A DNA stretch of 54,617 bases, filler included, from Sluysia triapertura (lineage: Eukaryota): assembly GCA_046118255.1 (NCBI GenBank). It is 4 parts of 4 records of this genome, joined end to end, with 100 filler letters (N's around TTAATTAATTAA, not from the genome) between each part and the next. Parts side by side here need not be neighbours in the genome. Positions count along the whole stretch, not along the records: positions 42,079 to 54,617 come from JBJNIA010100435.1; 3 more parts are not named here. The stretch is one strand, 5' to 3'. Positions 52,041 through 54,617 of this stretch are shown piece by piece (positions within the stretch are counted from its first letter, which is position 1; the number at the start of each line of letters is the position of its first letter). The notes beneath the pieces were generated by a model that was given only the letters and a program-made list of their open reading frames with translations, made no database searches and was not told the DNA's origin. A program made the translations under genes and the position numbers.

Positions 52041-53975
52041 AAAGGTGTGCAAAAAATTTTTATATTTTATTTTATTATTAAATTATTATTATTTAAAAAA
52101 TTATTATTCTAATTATATTAAAATTAAAATTATTATTCAATTACTTTAAAAAATAATAAAAAGAGAAGTTTCCAGAAATAAAATTATTTTATCAAATCAA
52201 AATTTTAAATTTGTGCTTTATATACAAAAACTATATAAGAAAAGACGAAGAGGAGTAAGGCTGCCTTTGTTAATAATACGCCAAATTAGATAGATTGTAA
52301 TCAATTCGAAATTAACATTTTCACATCAACCAAAATTAATTCGTCAGCAAGTTCAGTGTTCCAACAATTATCAAAGTTATCAATCAAGTTATCAGTGTAA
52401 ATCCAGCGTCTTCGATTAGAGGGATAACAATTTCCAATCATCAACGCTCCAACCTATCAAACAAATTCGAAAAACATTTTTGGAAACCGATCCTTGATAT
52501 TATTGATTAAATTAGTAAGTTTTTTGTATATAGTGTGAACACTCATTTTTTGAGTTAACATCTATATTTAAATATTAAGTTTACGGTTGATCCTTAAGGT
52601 CAATCACAAAATCAATTCAAAATCTACATTCATTGCTCTTTAGTTTGCCCTTAAAGTCAATTATAAAATCAGTATCATAAGGTAGAATCTCTCGGCTAGA
52701 CCTTTATTATAATTTAACTTTTATCATTATTATAATTTTATTATTTATAAAGTTTTATCATTGCTCTTTTGAATTTTATAAATCTGCAGTAGTTTTATTT
52801 TAATTTTGATTGTTGTATAATAAAACTTTTTGATTCTTATTTTGTTATAATTTTTTTTACGTGAATATTGTAACATAAGTCGGGTCTATATTCTTCATAT
52901 TACGATCATTATATTAAGATCTAACTAAGAGTTAAAGATATATAAAGAACGATACATTATCAACTTTATTTTTACATTAACTCAAATATTACATAAGCCA
53001 GTGTTGGTCTTGATCATTTTTAAGCTATTTAGTATCAGTTGACATAAATGACGATTTTGCCCACTATTGTTTAAGTTAAGGCAAAGAGTATTTTTATACG
53101 ATTAATCTTAATTGTTTTCACGTAATTTTACAGGTACGCTATTAGTAAGTCGTATACTGTAAACGGACTCTGAATAATAATAATGTTCGATTTCTCTATA
53201 AAAATCAACAATTATAATTTTAAATAAATAGATCCGTTTGTATATTGCGATTTACGTTTGAACGAGGACGCAATTACAGATATAGTACTAGAATAAATTG
53301 AAGCTTTCTTACAAAACAAAAGAAAGAGTCGCAAATTTTCCTTTAATCGTTATAAAAATTATAAGAATCCTTTCTGTTATTTTGGTACACTTGATTAGTA
53401 TCACTTTTTACTTACTTTATGCAAAGTTTAGTTTAATGTATCATTTCAAATTACAATTATTCACTTAATTTTAATTTACAACTATTAATCTAGTATACGT
53501 CTCGAAATATTTTTGCAATTGTTAACTTACAATACTTCTCGAAATATTACAATTATTAACTTAATATACTTTTCTAAATATATATCTTAAAATATTATCT
53601 CTGCGAAATTTCTACGTTATTAATTCGATCTTATTAGTTCAAAATATTTTCCACGTTATTATTATCTCAATGTAACCTACAACTCAATAAAGCAAAAAAC
53701 ACATGAATACCAAAGTTTTATTAAAGAAACGAGAATAAAACAATATACGACACAAAACATAAATAAATAACTTTAAAAATAATGATTTTCTTTATTTATT
53801 TTAAATTTTAAAATTATTTAAGCCAGGTATAATACTTGGCGTATACAAATTAAGAGTTTAAGTATGATTTTGACACAGAAATACTTTATAATAATAAATC
53901 TATAAATTATCAACTTACTTTACAATTCTTTCAAAGAGAATCCAATTTAATTGTTTAATCAACAGCTCCAAAAAT

Positions 53976-54140
53976 CGATAATTCCAAATTAATTTACAAC
54001 CAAATTTGTTCCGCGTCGATATTCGATAATTTCCAAGCTATAGCAAACTTATCATCGAATTTACTCCAAATAAATAGTCGACAATTTCCAAGATAAAACG
54101 AACTTGCAACCAAATTTATTCCAAATTAATAATCGTCGTC
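53976..54140 (+). repeat. Degenerate ~55-bp tandem repeat (3 units)
   Basis: Units start CGAyAATT(T)CCAA at 53976, 54024 and 54079 and contain AATTTrYTCC. Confidence 0.65.
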
Positions 54141-54617
54141 AAATCTCTTTTTTCGTTGATAATTTTTTTGTGCATTCGCAAAAATAATCTCTTAGCTTTT
54201 ATATGATTTTTGATAGATAGTTGATAAATAATTTTATGTATTTTTTTAATATTATTTTATTGTTTTCAAATCATAATAATTAGATAAAAAGTTTGTTTCA
54301 CAGTATAAAAATTAAATAAAAATCACATAAAATTCTTTCTTTTATTTTATTACAATATTAATTAAAATTCTGTTTATAAAATTATTGAATTAAAATATTA
54401 ATTTTATTTACAAAGTAATCTTATTAAAAATTAAAATTATTTACAGAAATTAAAAGCAAAAAATTTTGTTCTATTTTATTAAAAGTTGAAATTATTTACA
54501 AAATAGTATTAAAAAATTTTTTTTACAAATTTACAAATAAAGATTTTATTCTTTACAAAAATAGTAGTTAATGCACTTAATAAATAAATGATAACATTGA
54601 GATTATTTTGTGATTTA

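Noticed and set aside
52215-52260. Complexin exon 3 candidate (YIRKDEEE-like)
   Set aside because: No suitable AG acceptor, and the frame closes immediately.

Overview
Very AT-rich eukaryotic (animal) DNA, not prokaryotic. It consists of four probably unrelated contigs (1-13746, 13847-27184, 27285-41978, 42079-54617) joined by 100-bp artificial spacers (44 N + TTAATTAATTAA + 44 N). Host genes with GT-AG introns: complexin (two exons), a KH+Tudor protein, and a rhodopsin-type GPCR exon. Decayed genes: a TRPA-like fragment and a RanBP2-zinc-finger gene. The short introns, extreme AT content and neuronal genes fit a compact invertebrate genome (for example an orthonectid; this is a guess). Mobile DNA dominates: a decayed CsRn1-type Gypsy element, a Tigger/pogo transposon with TIRs, an L2-type LINE 3' end, several MITEs, solo LTRs and tRNA-derived fragments. 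The most notable items are (1) a ~5.4-kb retroelement-like unit with a retropepsin, a multi-TM membrane polyprotein, a RING-H2 plus Rev-like Arg-rich exon missed by the ORF track, and a gypsy-like PPT/LTR junction, but no RT or integrase; (2) an endogenous chuvirus-like glycoprotein; (3) an LTR-like repeat family carrying heat-shock elements. All family calls come from manual translation and remembered motifs; no database search was run.
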